A DNA stretch of 61,775 nucleotides from a virus (lineage: Duplodnaviria; Caudoviricetes): positions 1 through 61,775 of the IMG/VR virus record IMGVR_UViG_3300023112_000002. One strand, 5' to 3'. Both the position numbers and the translations under genes were made by a program. The notes below the pieces were generated by a model. The model made no database searches. It was not told the DNA's origin and worked only from the letters and a program-made list of their open reading frames with translations. Of the stretch, positions 8,653 to 18,913 are shown piece by piece. How positions within the stretch are numbered: the stretch's first letter is position 1; every line of letters begins with the position of its first letter.

Positions 8653-9212
8653 TGCAATCTCCTTTTAGCTTTATAGTAAAGGCATACAACGAAAGGAGGT
8701 ACGACAATATTAAGGAGATAGGAGGGGTAGACTTTATCACCAGCGTGTCTAAAGAAGACCACACCGCATCCAATCGTTTCGCTACCGTAGTGGAAACACC
8801 ACTAAAATATTCTGGCCCCATAAAAAAGGGGGACAGACTTCTCGTGCACCACAATGTGTTTAAGTATTATAACGATATGAGGGGGCGAGAGAAGAGTGGG
8901 AAGAGTTATTTTAAGGACGATATGTTCTTCGTAGATATGGACCAGTTCTTTATGTACCATAATGGTACACAATGGAACGCCCACGATAAGTATTGCTTTG
9001 TAAAACCTATAGACGCCAGGGAGTCCGTTATATATAAGCGCGGGGAAGAACCTTTAGTGGGGGTAATAAAGCACGGGAACGCAGAGTTAGAGGCTTTGGG
9101 AGTCAGGGAGGGAGACGAGATAGCTTTCGAACCCGAGAGCGAGTATCCTTTTTATATAGATGGAGAGAAACTATACAGGATGTTTACCAACAATATAATG
9201 ATGATACTATGA
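8652..9212 (+). CDS. GroES-like (apparently tandem) co-chaperonin-fold protein
   Basis: Two GroES-like halves: FIVK...ATVVETP...IKKGDRLLV and CFVKP...GVIKHGN...VREGDEIAF...IDGEKLYRM. Confidence 0.55.
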   Translation: MQSPFSFIVKAYNERRYDNIKEIGGVDFITSVSKEDHTASNRFATVVETPLKYSGPIKKGDRLLVHHNVFKYYNDMRGREKSGKSYFKDDMFFVDMDQFFMYHNGTQWNAHDKYCFVKPIDARESVIYKRGEEPLVGVIKHGNAELEALGVREGDEIAFEPESEYPFYIDGEKLYRMFTNNIMMIL

Positions 9213-9781
9213 TATATGTTATAGATGATTTTTTGGAGCGCCCTATTTTAGATGTAGCTAAGAATTATTTAAACGACGAGCCTTTTGCAAAGGAGGTGGT
9301 CGGGGGAAAGAATTTTTACGTAAAAGAATCCCCTACAGATTTTACTAACTACGTAATAGACAGATTGACTGTTATAGAGAGACGCCCTTTGGTAAATATA
9401 TTATCCTTCTTTAGAGAGGCTACCGATGAGCTCGATGTCTCATGGCGCATACATTCCGATTTGAATATTAATGGGCAGAAGCCAGACAGGGCTATAGTAT
9501 TATACCTCTCTCCCCGAGAGAGAGAAGATCTGCATGGCACCGCTTTATGGGAGCACCATAGGTATGGTAAGGAGTTGCCCCACGATATCTCCGACGAAGA
9601 ATACGATAGTATGATTAGAGTAGACTCGGAAGATTTAGATAAGTGGAGGTTGAGCTCAGTAGTAGGGTATGAAAAAAACAGACTTATATCTTATCCTTCT
9701 TCATACTTTCACAGTAAATATCCTAACGTATCTTGGAAAGAAGGGAGGCAGGTTTTTGTAATGTTTTATAAATTTAATTAA
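9209..9781 (+). CDS. 2OG-Fe(II) oxygenase-superfamily protein (DUF6445-like)
   Basis: VIDDFL, IHSD (HxD), IVLYL, GTALW, NRLISY...YFHS (distal His) and GRQVFVMF (2OG-binding Arg). Confidence 0.7.
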   Translation: MIYVIDDFLERPILDVAKNYLNDEPFAKEVVGGKNFYVKESPTDFTNYVIDRLTVIERRPLVNILSFFREATDELDVSWRIHSDLNINGQKPDRAIVLYLSPREREDLHGTALWEHHRYGKELPHDISDEEYDSMIRVDSEDLDKWRLSSVVGYEKNRLISYPSSYFHSKYPNVSWKEGRQVFVMFYKFN

Positions 9782-9782
9782 T

Positions 9783-9986
9783 ATGGGAGTACAGAAAAAT
9801 ATAGCCTCACTAAAAGTAAATACAGAGGCGCTAACAGAGAATTTAAAAAAGCTTATCTTAGAGGAGCAGCAAACCAGGGAGTTGGCTGTAGGTACCTTAA
9901 ACCTTTTAAAGCTAATGCCTGGGTATGAAGAGGCTTTAGCGGAAATGAAAAAAAGCACCGAAGAAGATGGACACCAAGGAGATTAA
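9783..9986 (+). CDS. Hypothetical protein
   Basis: 67-aa helical ORF within the operon. Confidence 0.65.
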   Translation: MGVQKNIASLKVNTEALTENLKKLILEEQQTRELAVGTLNLLKLMPGYEEALAEMKKSTEEDGHQGD

Positions 9987-10245
9987 ATTACAGATCATAG
10001 AGGCGGGCGAAAAGGCTGTGCGACAATTAATTAAGGTAGCTAAAGAAGATATCATCAAGTTTGATAAGGACGATGAGTTGGCTGCGGATAGATTAAAGAA
10101 CGCAGCGGCTACCAAGAAGCTTTGCATCATGGATGCTTTTGAGATATTAAAAAGAATAGAAGAAGAGAAAGCTCTTTTAGATGGGGCTCCTTTAGAAAAT
10201 AAAACACATACCCCGAAAGGATTTGCCGAGTCAAGATCAAAATAG
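9967..10245 (+). CDS. Putative terminase small subunit
   Basis: Small helical protein immediately upstream of and overlapping TerL; positional inference. Confidence 0.5.
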   Translation: MDTKEIKLQIIEAGEKAVRQLIKVAKEDIIKFDKDDELAADRLKNAAATKKLCIMDAFEILKRIEEEKALLDGAPLENKTHTPKGFAESRSK

Positions 10246-12469
10246 TTTATATAAGGTAGTAGAAAAAGCTATACCTAAACATGTGGTGGTAAATAAAAAC
10301 CGTGCCCGCACATGGGCCTATGGCTATGACCCAAAATATGACCTCGTGGTTATATCTAAGACGGGCCAGATAGGAGAGGTGTATGAAATAAATGGTCTAA
10401 GGGTGGCTTTACCTAAAGCTCCCAAAGAAGTTTATTCTCGTTCTAAGAAAAAAGAAGAGCAATACTGGGAGCCTTTTGAATATAGCAAAGACTTAAAGCG
10501 TATTAAATCTATCTTTCAATGGCACTCTACCCCAAATACTTTTAAGTCTAAGTGGGTGGAATATATAGAGTCGGAGTTCGATAGGCGTGAGGAAGGGTTC
10601 TGGTTTTTAAACAACGGGACCCCTACATATATAACGGGAACGCATTATATGTACCTCCAATGGACGAAGATAGATGTGGGGCATCCTGACTTCCGGGAGG
10701 CTAATAGAATTTTTTATATTTTTTGGGAAGCATGTAAAGCAGATAAGCGTAGCTTTGGGATGTGTTACTTGAAGATACGTCGTTCTGGATTTTCTTTTAT
10801 GAGCTCCAGCGAAGGCGTAAACCAAGCCACTATAACTAAAGACTCACGGATAGGAATACTTTCCAAAACAGGATCAGATGCTAAAAAAATGTTTACCGAT
10901 AAGGTGGTACCTATATCTAACAACTATCCCTTCTTCTTTAAACCGATACAGGATGGAATGGATAAACCTAAGACAGAACTTGCTTATCGTGTTCCTGCTT
11001 CGAAGATTACAAAGAAAAACATGTATGAGGTCGAAGAGGAAGAGTTGGAGGGATTGGATACAACTATAGACTGGAAGAATACGGGAGACAATAGTTATGA
11101 TGGAGAGAAGCTACAGCTGCTCCTGCATGATGAGAGCGGTAAATGGGATAAGCCAGATAATATATTAAACAACTGGCGTGTAACAAAAACGTGTCTTCGT
11201 TTGGGAAGTAAGGTTATAGGGAAGTGTATGATGGGCTCTACCTCTAACGCTTTAGATAAAGGTGGTAGAAACTTTAAAGCTTTATATGAAGACTCCTTCC
11301 CTTCCAAGCGCAACTCCAACGGTCAGACTAAAAGCGGAATGTATTGCTTATTCGTTCCTATGGAATGGAATATGGAAGGGTTTATAGATATGTATGGCAT
11401 GCCTGTATTACGCACTCCGCCTAAACCTATAGTGGGGATTGATGGAGAGGATATAAATATAGGGGCTATAGACTACTGGGAGAACGAGGTGTCGTCACTT
11501 TCTCAAGACGCGGATGCATTAAATGAGTTCTACAGACAGTTCCCACGTAGCGAGTCTCACGCATTCAGAGATGAAAGTAAGCAGTCTATTTTTAATCTAA
11601 CTAAAATATATCAGCAGATAGATTATAACGACTCCTTAATTATGGACCACCACCTTACGCAGGGTTCTTTCCGTTGGAAGGATGGTATAAAAGACTCCAC
11701 GGTGATATGGTCTCCTGATAAGCGCGGTAGATTTTTAGTGGGATGGACTCCGCCTCCTCATATGCAGAACAGGGTGGAGGTGCGTAATGGGAGAAAATAT
11801 CCAGGCAACGAACACTTAGGGTCTTTCGGATGTGACTCTTATGATATATCTGGGGTCGTAGTAGGTAAGGGGTCGAATGGATCTTTGCATGGCCTTACGA
11901 AGTTTAATATGGATGAAGCTCCAAGCAACGAGTTCTTCTTGGAATATATAGCCCGCCCACAAACGGCAGAGATATTTTTTGAGGAAGTGCTTATGGCTTT
12001 AGTCTTTTATGGTATGCCTATCCTGTGTGAGAATAACAAACCGCGTCTCTTATATCATTTAAAAAACAGAGGGTACAGAGGGTTTTCTTTAAACAGACCT
12101 GATAAAATATACACCAAGCTTTCGCGTACAGAGAAAGAACTTGGCGGCATACCGAACACCTCCGAGGATGTAAAGCAATCTCACGCAGCCGCTATAGAGT
12201 CCTATATAGAAAAGCATGTGGGGATGGATATGGCGGGGGAATACCGAACTAAAGAGGACATGGGAACTATGTATTTTCGTCGTACCTTAGAGGATTGGGC
12301 GAAGTTCGATATAACCAACAGAACTAAGTTTGACGCCTCTATAAGTAGTGGTTTATCTATTATGGCTAACCAAAAGCATTTATACACCCCTGCTACAAAG
12401 AAATCAAAAATAAGCATTAACTTTGCAAAGTATAATAATAGTAGTACAACAAGTCAATTAATTAGATGA
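10223..12469 (+). CDS. terL: Terminase large subunit
   Basis: Walker A-like LKIRRSGFS, Walker B LLLHDESGK, motif III MGST, nuclease FGCDSYD; upstream of the portal; start codon uncertain. Confidence 0.88.
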   Translation: MPSQDQNSLYKVVEKAIPKHVVVNKNRARTWAYGYDPKYDLVVISKTGQIGEVYEINGLRVALPKAPKEVYSRSKKKEEQYWEPFEYSKDLKRIKSIFQWHSTPNTFKSKWVEYIESEFDRREEGFWFLNNGTPTYITGTHYMYLQWTKIDVGHPDFREANRIFYIFWEACKADKRSFGMCYLKIRRSGFSFMSSSEGVNQATITKDSRIGILSKTGSDAKKMFTDKVVPISNNYPFFFKPIQDGMDKPKTELAYRVPASKITKKNMYEVEEEELEGLDTTIDWKNTGDNSYDGEKLQLLLHDESGKWDKPDNILNNWRVTKTCLRLGSKVIGKCMMGSTSNALDKGGRNFKALYEDSFPSKRNSNGQTKSGMYCLFVPMEWNMEGFIDMYGMPVLRTPPKPIVGIDGEDINIGAIDYWENEVSSLSQDADALNEFYRQFPRSESHAFRDESKQSIFNLTKIYQQIDYNDSLIMDHHLTQGSFRWKDGIKDSTVIWSPDKRGRFLVGWTPPPHMQNRVEVRNGRKYPGNEHLGSFGCDSYDISGVVVGKGSNGSLHGLTKFNMDEAPSNEFFLEYIARPQTAEIFFEEVLMALVFYGMPILCENNKPRLLYHLKNRGYRGFSLNRPDKIYTKLSRTEKELGGIPNTSEDVKQSHAAAIESYIEKHVGMDMAGEYRTKEDMGTMYFRRTLEDWAKFDITNRTKFDASISSGLSIMANQKHLYTPATKKSKISINFAKYNNSSTTSQLIR

Positions 12470-14901
12470 AGGGACTCCAGATAGATATTAAGTCTGCTAC
12501 CTTCCCGAACCAGTTTGTTTCTGACTCTGAGAAAGCAACAAAAGAATTTGGGTTGCAGGTAGGTCAAGCAATACAGTATGAATGGTTCAGGAGGGATGGA
12601 TTATCCTGTAGGTTTTATAGTCAGTTCCAAGAGTTTCATAAGCTAAGACTTTATGCTCGCGGAGAACAATCTGTGGCTAAGTATAAAAACGAGTTGGCTA
12701 TAGATGGAGATTTATCTTACCTTAATTTAGACTGGACCCCTGTACCTATTATACCTAAGTTTGTAGACATCGTAGTAAACGGTATGTCCGATAGGCTGTT
12801 CGATGTGAAGTGCTATGCTCAAGACGCTCTGTCTGCAGAGAAGCGTAACGAGTTTCAAAACTTAGTTCAAGGCGATATGATCGCTAAGAAGCTATTTATG
12901 CAGATAAGAAAAGATTTCGATGTAGATCCCTTTACGGTAGATCCGGGACAGCTTCCTGAGAACGACCAAGAGATGGAGCTATATATGCAACTTAACTACA
13001 AGCCTTCTGTAGAGATAGCTAATGAAGTTGCTATAAACACTATGCTTGAAGAGAGTCATTATAATGACACTCGCAAAAGAGTAGACTATGATATAACTAC
13101 TTTAGGGCTCGGTATAGCAAAGCATGTTTTCCAGGAAGGGGACGGGGTAAGGGTAGAGTATGTAGACCCAGCCAATGTGGTGTATAGCTATACCGAAGAT
13201 CCGTACTTTAAAGACTGCTTCTATTGGGGAGAGCTTAAGACAATTCCTATTACAGAGGTTTTAAAGATCAACCCCGATCTTACTGAAAAAGATTTAGAAG
13301 AGATATCTCAGTACAGCCAATCGTGGTACGACTACTATAACGTAGCCGCTATGTATGAGAACAGTATGTTCGCTCGAGACACATGCACCCTCCTATACTT
13401 TAATTATAAGACGACAAACAGTTTTGTATATAAGAAGAAGGAGATGAAGGACGGGAGTTTTAAAACGGTAGAGAAGGACGATCAGTTTAACCCTCCCGAT
13501 GAGATGATGGAAGAGGGGAAGTTTGAAAGGGTAGAGAAGCGTATTGATGTATGGTATGAGGGTGTCATGGTTATGGGAACTAACATTATCCTAAAGTGGG
13601 ATATGATGAAGAATATGGTTAGACCTAACTCAGCAAATCAGTTTGCTATGTCTAACTATGTAGCCTGCGCTCCACGTATGTACAAAGGTGTATTAGAATC
13701 TTTGGTACGTAGGATGATTCCTTTCGCCGACCTTATTCAAATGAGTCACCTTAAAATCCAGCAGGTAGTAGCCCGCGTAGTTCCTGACGGAGTATTTATA
13801 GACGCGGATGGTTTGAATGAGGTGGACTTAGGAACGGGAAATGCTTATAACCCTGAAGATGCTTTACGCCTTTACTTCCAAACGGGTAGTGTAATAGGTA
13901 GAAGCTATACTCAGGATGGAGAGTTTAATAACGCTAAGGTTCCTATTACTCAACTAACCTCTAATAGCGGAGCTTCTAAGATGCAGATGCTTATAGGAAA
14001 CTATAACCACTATTTAGATATGATCCGCGCGGTAACGGGACTTAACGAAGCGAGAGATGGAAGCACCCCTGACCCTAACTCTTTAGTAGGGGTACAGAAA
14101 TTAGCTGCTTTAAATTCCAATACCGCTACGCGCCATATCCTTCAAGCAAGTCTATTTATTACAAAGACTTTAGCGGAGGCTTTATCTCTTCGTGCGGCAG
14201 ACGTTTTAGAGTATGCGGAGTTCCGTGATGAGTTTGCTATGCAGATAGGGAAATACAACCTTGGTATCTTAGAGGAGATTAAGAACTTATACATCTATGA
14301 CTTTGGGATCTTTATTGAGATGTCTCCTGACGAAGAGCAGAAGGCACAGCTTGAGGCTAATATACAGATGGCTCTTTCTCAAAAAGATATAAGCTTAGAA
14401 GACGCTATAGATATTAGGCAGATAAGAAATTTAAAGCTCGCTAACCAATTACTTAAAGTTAAGCGTAAGCAGAAGCAAGAGCAGATGCAGCAGATGGAAG
14501 CTCAGAAGCAACAGATGCAAGCTCAAGTTAACCAGCAGTCACAACAGATGGCGGCACAGGCGGCTATGCAAAAGCAGCAGATGGAGACGCAAGCTAAGAT
14601 GCAGCTACAACAAGCGGAAGCGGCTATGTCTATAGAGAAGATGAAGAATGAAGCGGCCCTTAAGCAACAGCTTATGGCGGTAGAGTTCCAATATCAGATG
14701 CAGCTTAAAGGCGTAGAGCAGTCACAGATAGACGCCCGAGAAGAATCTCGTGAGGTAGGTAAGTCTGAGCGTATAAGCCAGGCGAATACGGAGCAGTCTA
14801 AATTGATACAGCAGCGCAAGAATAATACTGCGCCTATCAACTTTGAATCGAATGAAGATAGCTTAGATGGGTTTGACTTTTCGGAGTTTAACCCACGCTA
14901 A
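12466..14901 (+). CDS. Portal protein
   Basis: 811 aa after TerL; PIIPKFVDIVVN, VTGLNEARDG and a long Gln-rich coiled-coil C-terminus as in podovirus portals. Confidence 0.85.
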   Translation: MKGLQIDIKSATFPNQFVSDSEKATKEFGLQVGQAIQYEWFRRDGLSCRFYSQFQEFHKLRLYARGEQSVAKYKNELAIDGDLSYLNLDWTPVPIIPKFVDIVVNGMSDRLFDVKCYAQDALSAEKRNEFQNLVQGDMIAKKLFMQIRKDFDVDPFTVDPGQLPENDQEMELYMQLNYKPSVEIANEVAINTMLEESHYNDTRKRVDYDITTLGLGIAKHVFQEGDGVRVEYVDPANVVYSYTEDPYFKDCFYWGELKTIPITEVLKINPDLTEKDLEEISQYSQSWYDYYNVAAMYENSMFARDTCTLLYFNYKTTNSFVYKKKEMKDGSFKTVEKDDQFNPPDEMMEEGKFERVEKRIDVWYEGVMVMGTNIILKWDMMKNMVRPNSANQFAMSNYVACAPRMYKGVLESLVRRMIPFADLIQMSHLKIQQVVARVVPDGVFIDADGLNEVDLGTGNAYNPEDALRLYFQTGSVIGRSYTQDGEFNNAKVPITQLTSNSGASKMQMLIGNYNHYLDMIRAVTGLNEARDGSTPDPNSLVGVQKLAALNSNTATRHILQASLFITKTLAEALSLRAADVLEYAEFRDEFAMQIGKYNLGILEEIKNLYIYDFGIFIEMSPDEEQKAQLEANIQMALSQKDISLEDAIDIRQIRNLKLANQLLKVKRKQKQEQMQQMEAQKQQMQAQVNQQSQQMAAQAAMQKQQMETQAKMQLQQAEAAMSIEKMKNEAALKQQLMAVEFQYQMQLKGVEQSQIDAREESREVGKSERISQANTEQSKLIQQRKNNTAPINFESNEDSLDGFDFSEFNPR

Positions 14902-14922
14902 AGTTATTAGGAATATATACAC

Positions 14923-14930
14923 TAACTTTG
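14923..14930 (+). promoter_or_regulatory. -7 promoter box TAACTTTG
   Basis: TAnnTTTG upstream of the scaffold/capsid operon. Confidence 0.55.
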
Positions 14931-14945
14931 TAAAAATTAAATCAA

Positions 14946-16076
14946 ATGGATAACGAAAAATTTGTTGTTAAAGAAGTTTCGGAAGTAGAACAAAAGTCTA
15001 AAGCACAAGTTGAAGAGGAACTACTTCAAAAACATGAGGAGCAATTTACCGCTACTGAAAGTGTTGAAGATGTGGAAAAGGTGGACACCACTGCAGAGGC
15101 AGAAGGTGCGCAGCCAGAGCCAGAGACACAGGAAGGAGTTGGATTAAAAGACGAAGACGTTCTTGAGTATATCAAGAGCAGATACGATAAAGAAATAAAC
15201 TCTGTCGATGAGTTGTTTGCACAGACAGAAGCAAACGAGGAATTGCCAGAGGATGTTTCAGCGTTCTTTAAATATAAAAAAGAAACCGGTAGAGGATTCG
15301 ATGACTACGTAAAACTGCAAAAGAATTACGAAGACATGGATGGAGATACCGTAATAGCTAACTACTATTCTCAAACCGAGGAAGGGTTGGATGAAATCGA
15401 TATTCAAGATATCATAGAAGATAAGTTTGGATACGACGAAGACCTGGATGAGGAAAAGGATATTAAGAAGAAAAAGTTAGCGCATAAAAGAGAACTTGTA
15501 AAAGCGAAGAAATTTTTCAAGGAGCAACAAGAACAGTACAAGATCCCTCTTGAGTCAAGTGGGGGTTTCAGTTCGGAGGAGCAAACGGAAGAGTTTAATC
15601 GCTATAAGAGTTATGTTGAGGAATCAACTACTCGAGAGGAGCAAATGAAAAAGAGGTACGACTGGTTTGTCGACAAGAGCAATGAGGTGCTCAACGATGA
15701 TTTTAAAGGTTTTAATTTCAACGTAAACGAGAAGCAGTATACCTTTAAACCAGGCGATGGTAAAGAGTTGTTCAATAAGCAGAAGGATGTAAATAATTTT
15801 GTAAAACCTTATTTAGATGCTGACAGCGGGATGATGAAAGACGCAGAGGGATACCACAGAGCTATGTCTATAGCGATGAATCCTGATAAGTTCGCCCAGT
15901 TTTTTTATGAGCAAGGTAAAGCGGAAGCCATAGATGATGTATCTAAAAAATCAAAGAACATCGATATGGTGCGCCAAGCCCCTCAATCGTTTAACAAGAA
16001 TGGTCTTAAGATCAGACAGGTTGGCGATACTTCGAGTGGAAAAGGACTCAAAATTAGAAGTATAAAAAAAGTTTAA
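14946..16076 (+). CDS. Putative capsid scaffolding protein
   Basis: Very acidic helical protein located between portal and capsid. Confidence 0.65.
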   Translation: MDNEKFVVKEVSEVEQKSKAQVEEELLQKHEEQFTATESVEDVEKVDTTAEAEGAQPEPETQEGVGLKDEDVLEYIKSRYDKEINSVDELFAQTEANEELPEDVSAFFKYKKETGRGFDDYVKLQKNYEDMDGDTVIANYYSQTEEGLDEIDIQDIIEDKFGYDEDLDEEKDIKKKKLAHKRELVKAKKFFKEQQEQYKIPLESSGGFSSEEQTEEFNRYKSYVEESTTREEQMKKRYDWFVDKSNEVLNDDFKGFNFNVNEKQYTFKPGDGKELFNKQKDVNNFVKPYLDADSGMMKDAEGYHRAMSIAMNPDKFAQFFYEQGKAEAIDDVSKKSKNIDMVRQAPQSFNKNGLKIRQVGDTSSGKGLKIRSIKKV

Positions 16077-16095
16077 AAATTAAAAATTAGAAAAA

Positions 16096-17547
16096 ATGGC
16101 TGTAAATGCAACGCCAGGATTTAACTTGATTCCTTCAGCGGAACGAGTAGCACTGGCCTCAAACTATATTACGGACTTCGATTTCATGAATCAGTATCTT
16201 CCTGATACTTACGAAAAGGAATTTGAGCGTTACGGTAATAGATCGATCTCTTCATTCTTAAGAATGGTGGGAGCGGAAATGCCTTCTAACTCTGACATGA
16301 TTAAGTGGGCAGAGCAAGGAAGACTTCATATTAAATACACTAATGTCACTCTTGACGCAACAAACGCGACGACTGGAGTGTTAACTGTAGGTGATGACCT
16401 TACTCCAACTATACCAGGTGGAGGTACTACTACTGCTGGACAAGGCGGTATTGCGGTAAGAAAAGGGCAGACAATTATGATCTCGGACAATACTGCTGGA
16501 TCTAACCTAAGCAACAAAGCTGTTGTTACTGACGTAGACTACGCGTTAGGTACTATTAATGTATCTTTCTACGAAGCTCTATCTGTAGTCCCAGCTACTC
16601 CATCTACATTAACTGTTTGGATCTACGGTTCTGAGTTTAAGAAAGGAACTGCTGGAATGGAAAACTCTTTAGAGTCTGACGATTTCATCTTCGAGAACAA
16701 GCCTATTATCATTAAGGACAAGTACGAAGTATCTGGTTCTGATATGGCTCAGATCGGATGGATCGAAATTACTTCTGAAGATGGAGCTAACGGATACCTA
16801 TGGTACTTAAAGTCAGAGCACGATACAAGACTTCGTTTCGAAGACTACTTGGAGACTGCTATGGTAGAAGCTGTACCAGCGGCTTCAACTTCTGGTGCTG
16901 CTGTCCATTTCGGAAACGCTGCAGGAACGGACTCTCAGGGTGGATCTCAAGGTGTATTCTATGTAGTAGGAGAGAGAGGTAACGTATACGGTGGGGGTAA
17001 CCCAGTTGCGTTAGCTGACTTCGATTCTATTATTCAGAGATTAGATAAGCAAGGTTCTATTGAAGAGAATGTTCTTTTCCTAAACCGTCAGTTCTCTTTC
17101 GATATGGACGATATGTTGGCTGCTCAAAACTCTTACGGAGCGGGTGGTACTTCATACGGACTCTTCGATAACGACGAGGATATGGCTCTAAACTTAGGTT
17201 TCACTGGCTTCCGTAGAGGATATGACTTCTACAAGTCTGACTGGAAATACCTTAACGATGCTACTATGAGAGGTGGTTTAGTAGGTGGCGCTATCAACGG
17301 ACTATTAGTCCCTGCTGGTTCTACTACTGTATATGACCAAATCTTAGGTAAGAACGCTAAGCGTCCATTCCTACACGTTAGATACAGAGCTTCAGAAACT
17401 GAAGATAGAAGATACAAGACTTGGATCACTGGTTCTGCTGGTGGAGCGAGAACATCTTCTTTAGATGCTATGGAGGTTAACTTCTTGAGTGAGAGATGTG
17501 TGTGTACTTTAGGTGCAAACAACTTCTTCTTATTCCAGAACGCATAA
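16096..17547 (+). CDS. Major capsid protein
   Basis: 483 aa after the scaffold, strongly biased codon usage, followed by a terminator; QYLPDTYEKEFERYG and KWAEQGRLH motifs. Confidence 0.85.
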   Translation: MAVNATPGFNLIPSAERVALASNYITDFDFMNQYLPDTYEKEFERYGNRSISSFLRMVGAEMPSNSDMIKWAEQGRLHIKYTNVTLDATNATTGVLTVGDDLTPTIPGGGTTTAGQGGIAVRKGQTIMISDNTAGSNLSNKAVVTDVDYALGTINVSFYEALSVVPATPSTLTVWIYGSEFKKGTAGMENSLESDDFIFENKPIIIKDKYEVSGSDMAQIGWIEITSEDGANGYLWYLKSEHDTRLRFEDYLETAMVEAVPAASTSGAAVHFGNAAGTDSQGGSQGVFYVVGERGNVYGGGNPVALADFDSIIQRLDKQGSIEENVLFLNRQFSFDMDDMLAAQNSYGAGGTSYGLFDNDEDMALNLGFTGFRRGYDFYKSDWKYLNDATMRGGLVGGAINGLLVPAGSTTVYDQILGKNAKRPFLHVRYRASETEDRRYKTWITGSAGGARTSSLDAMEVNFLSERCVCTLGANNFFLFQNA

Positions 17548-17564
17548 CATAAAATGATGGAAAT

Positions 17565-17597
17565 GGGGGAGGGGAATCCCTCCTCCCCTATTTTTTT
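17565..17597 (+). terminator. Rho-independent terminator
   Basis: gggggaggg-gaat-ccctcctcc hairpin followed by a T-tract. Confidence 0.75.
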
Positions 17598-17620
17598 AAC
17601 TTGAATTAAATTTTAATAAA

Positions 17621-18370
17621 ATGAAAAAGAAAACAGTTTTTACGTCTAAGGCGTACAGATTAAAAAATGACAAAGCGCCATTAAACTATATGTTGTCTTC
17701 GCACAACACAAGTAGATCTCCCTTGCTTTATTTCGACGAGGAAACAGGTGTTAACCGCCCCCTTCGTTATGCACGAAATCAAAAGTCTCCCTTCGTAGAT
17801 GAACAAGATGGTAATGCTATTTTAGAACCTATCGTTTTTGAAGACGGTATGTTGATGGTAGAAAAAGCCAACCAAGTTCTTCAAAAGTTTTTATACTACC
17901 ACCCAGGTAGAGATAGAGTCTTTGAAGAAGTCGATAATGAGAAAGATGCTTCACAAGATGTTACTTCATTAGAGATGGAGATAGAAGCGCAAATTATTGC
18001 TAAAGATCTTACGTTTGAGAAATTACTTTCTGTAAGTAGGATTCTTATAGGAGGAAATATAGAAAGATATAGCTCTGCAGAACTTAAGAGGGATATTCTT
18101 TTATATGCTAAACATCATCCTTACGACTTTATGGAGGTAGTAAACGATCCTGATTTAGAGTTCGATGATGAGGTAAGACAATTCTTTGATGAAAAGCTCT
18201 TATCTTTACGAAACAATAAGAAGGATGTATACTTCAACCTTAAAGGAAATAAAAAGAAAATGCTTACCGTTCCTTTCGGAGAAGACCCTTACCACGTAGT
18301 GGGGTCTTACTTAAAGACGGACGAAGGCATAGAGATATACCAAGGACTTTCTAAGTTACTAAATAAATAA
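17621..18370 (+). CDS. Hypothetical protein of the head module
   Basis: 249-aa ORF after the MCP. Confidence 0.8.
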   Translation: MKKKTVFTSKAYRLKNDKAPLNYMLSSHNTSRSPLLYFDEETGVNRPLRYARNQKSPFVDEQDGNAILEPIVFEDGMLMVEKANQVLQKFLYYHPGRDRVFEEVDNEKDASQDVTSLEMEIEAQIIAKDLTFEKLLSVSRILIGGNIERYSSAELKRDILLYAKHHPYDFMEVVNDPDLEFDDEVRQFFDEKLLSLRNNKKDVYFNLKGNKKKMLTVPFGEDPYHVVGSYLKTDEGIEIYQGLSKLLNK

Positions 18371-18378
18371 ACAAAACC

Positions 18379-18540
18379 ATGATAGATTTTATCGTAGAAT
18401 TTTGGGCAGAATTGCTAATCGCAGTAATGGCCCTGGCAAAAGTAGTAGTAAACCTTACTCCTACAGAAAAAGACAACCAAGTATTCGGTTGGATAGATAA
18501 CCTTATAGGATACTTAATTCCAGATAGAAGGAAGAAGTAA
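18379..18540 (+). CDS. 53-aa membrane protein, holin-like (not in the ORF track)
   Basis: MIDFIVEFWAELLIAVMALAKVVVNLTPTEKDNQVFGWIDNLIGYLIPDRRKK: TM segment, TPTxKD motif, basic tail. Confidence 0.7.
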   Translation: MIDFIVEFWAELLIAVMALAKVVVNLTPTEKDNQVFGWIDNLIGYLIPDRRKK

Positions 18541-18550
18541 ATCAAACTTA

Positions 18551-18580
18551 AGAGGGGGCTCAAACGGGCTCCCTTTTTTG
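18551..18580 (+). terminator. Rho-independent terminator
   Basis: agggggctc-aaac-gggctccct followed by a T-tract. Confidence 0.7.
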
Positions 18581-18583
18581 TTG

Positions 18584-18591
18584 TATCTTTG
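18584..18591 (+). promoter_or_regulatory. -7 promoter box TATCTTTG
   Basis: Immediately after the terminator, upstream of the 4-gene paralog block. Confidence 0.6.
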
Positions 18592-18620
18592 TTTTTTATT
18601 AACCCATTAATTTTTTTACA

Positions 18621-18911
18621 ATGGACAAATTTATCTCAGTACCTGTTACAGGCGAAACAAACTTCTTAGTAAGTGTTTCAGATGTAATAGCTATACAAAT
18701 TGGTGATGCCGCTGGATCTAATCCAACAACTGCTACAACTATTACTTATAACAGTGGTAATAAAGTAACGCCTACTCATGCTGCTGTAACAGGCAATGAA
18801 TTTAGAGACTCTTTGCAAAGCGCTATGACAGCGGCTCTTGCTACGTCGTGGACTAATGTAGTTGCAGACTATGTTCCACCGACAGCAGTTTCTGCTATAG
18901 CCGTTGTATAA
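18621..18911 (+). CDS. Putative virion accessory protein, paralog 1
   Basis: MxK(F/Y)-beta start, central helix, Pro-hydrophobic end shared with the next three genes. Confidence 0.7.
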   Translation: MDKFISVPVTGETNFLVSVSDVIAIQIGDAAGSNPTTATTITYNSGNKVTPTHAAVTGNEFRDSLQSAMTAALATSWTNVVADYVPPTAVSAIAVV

Positions 18912-18913
18912 TT

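Noticed and set aside
14400-14720. CAG-rich low-complexity tract as a repeat element
   Set aside because: It encodes the Gln-rich coiled-coil barrel typical of podovirus portal C-termini
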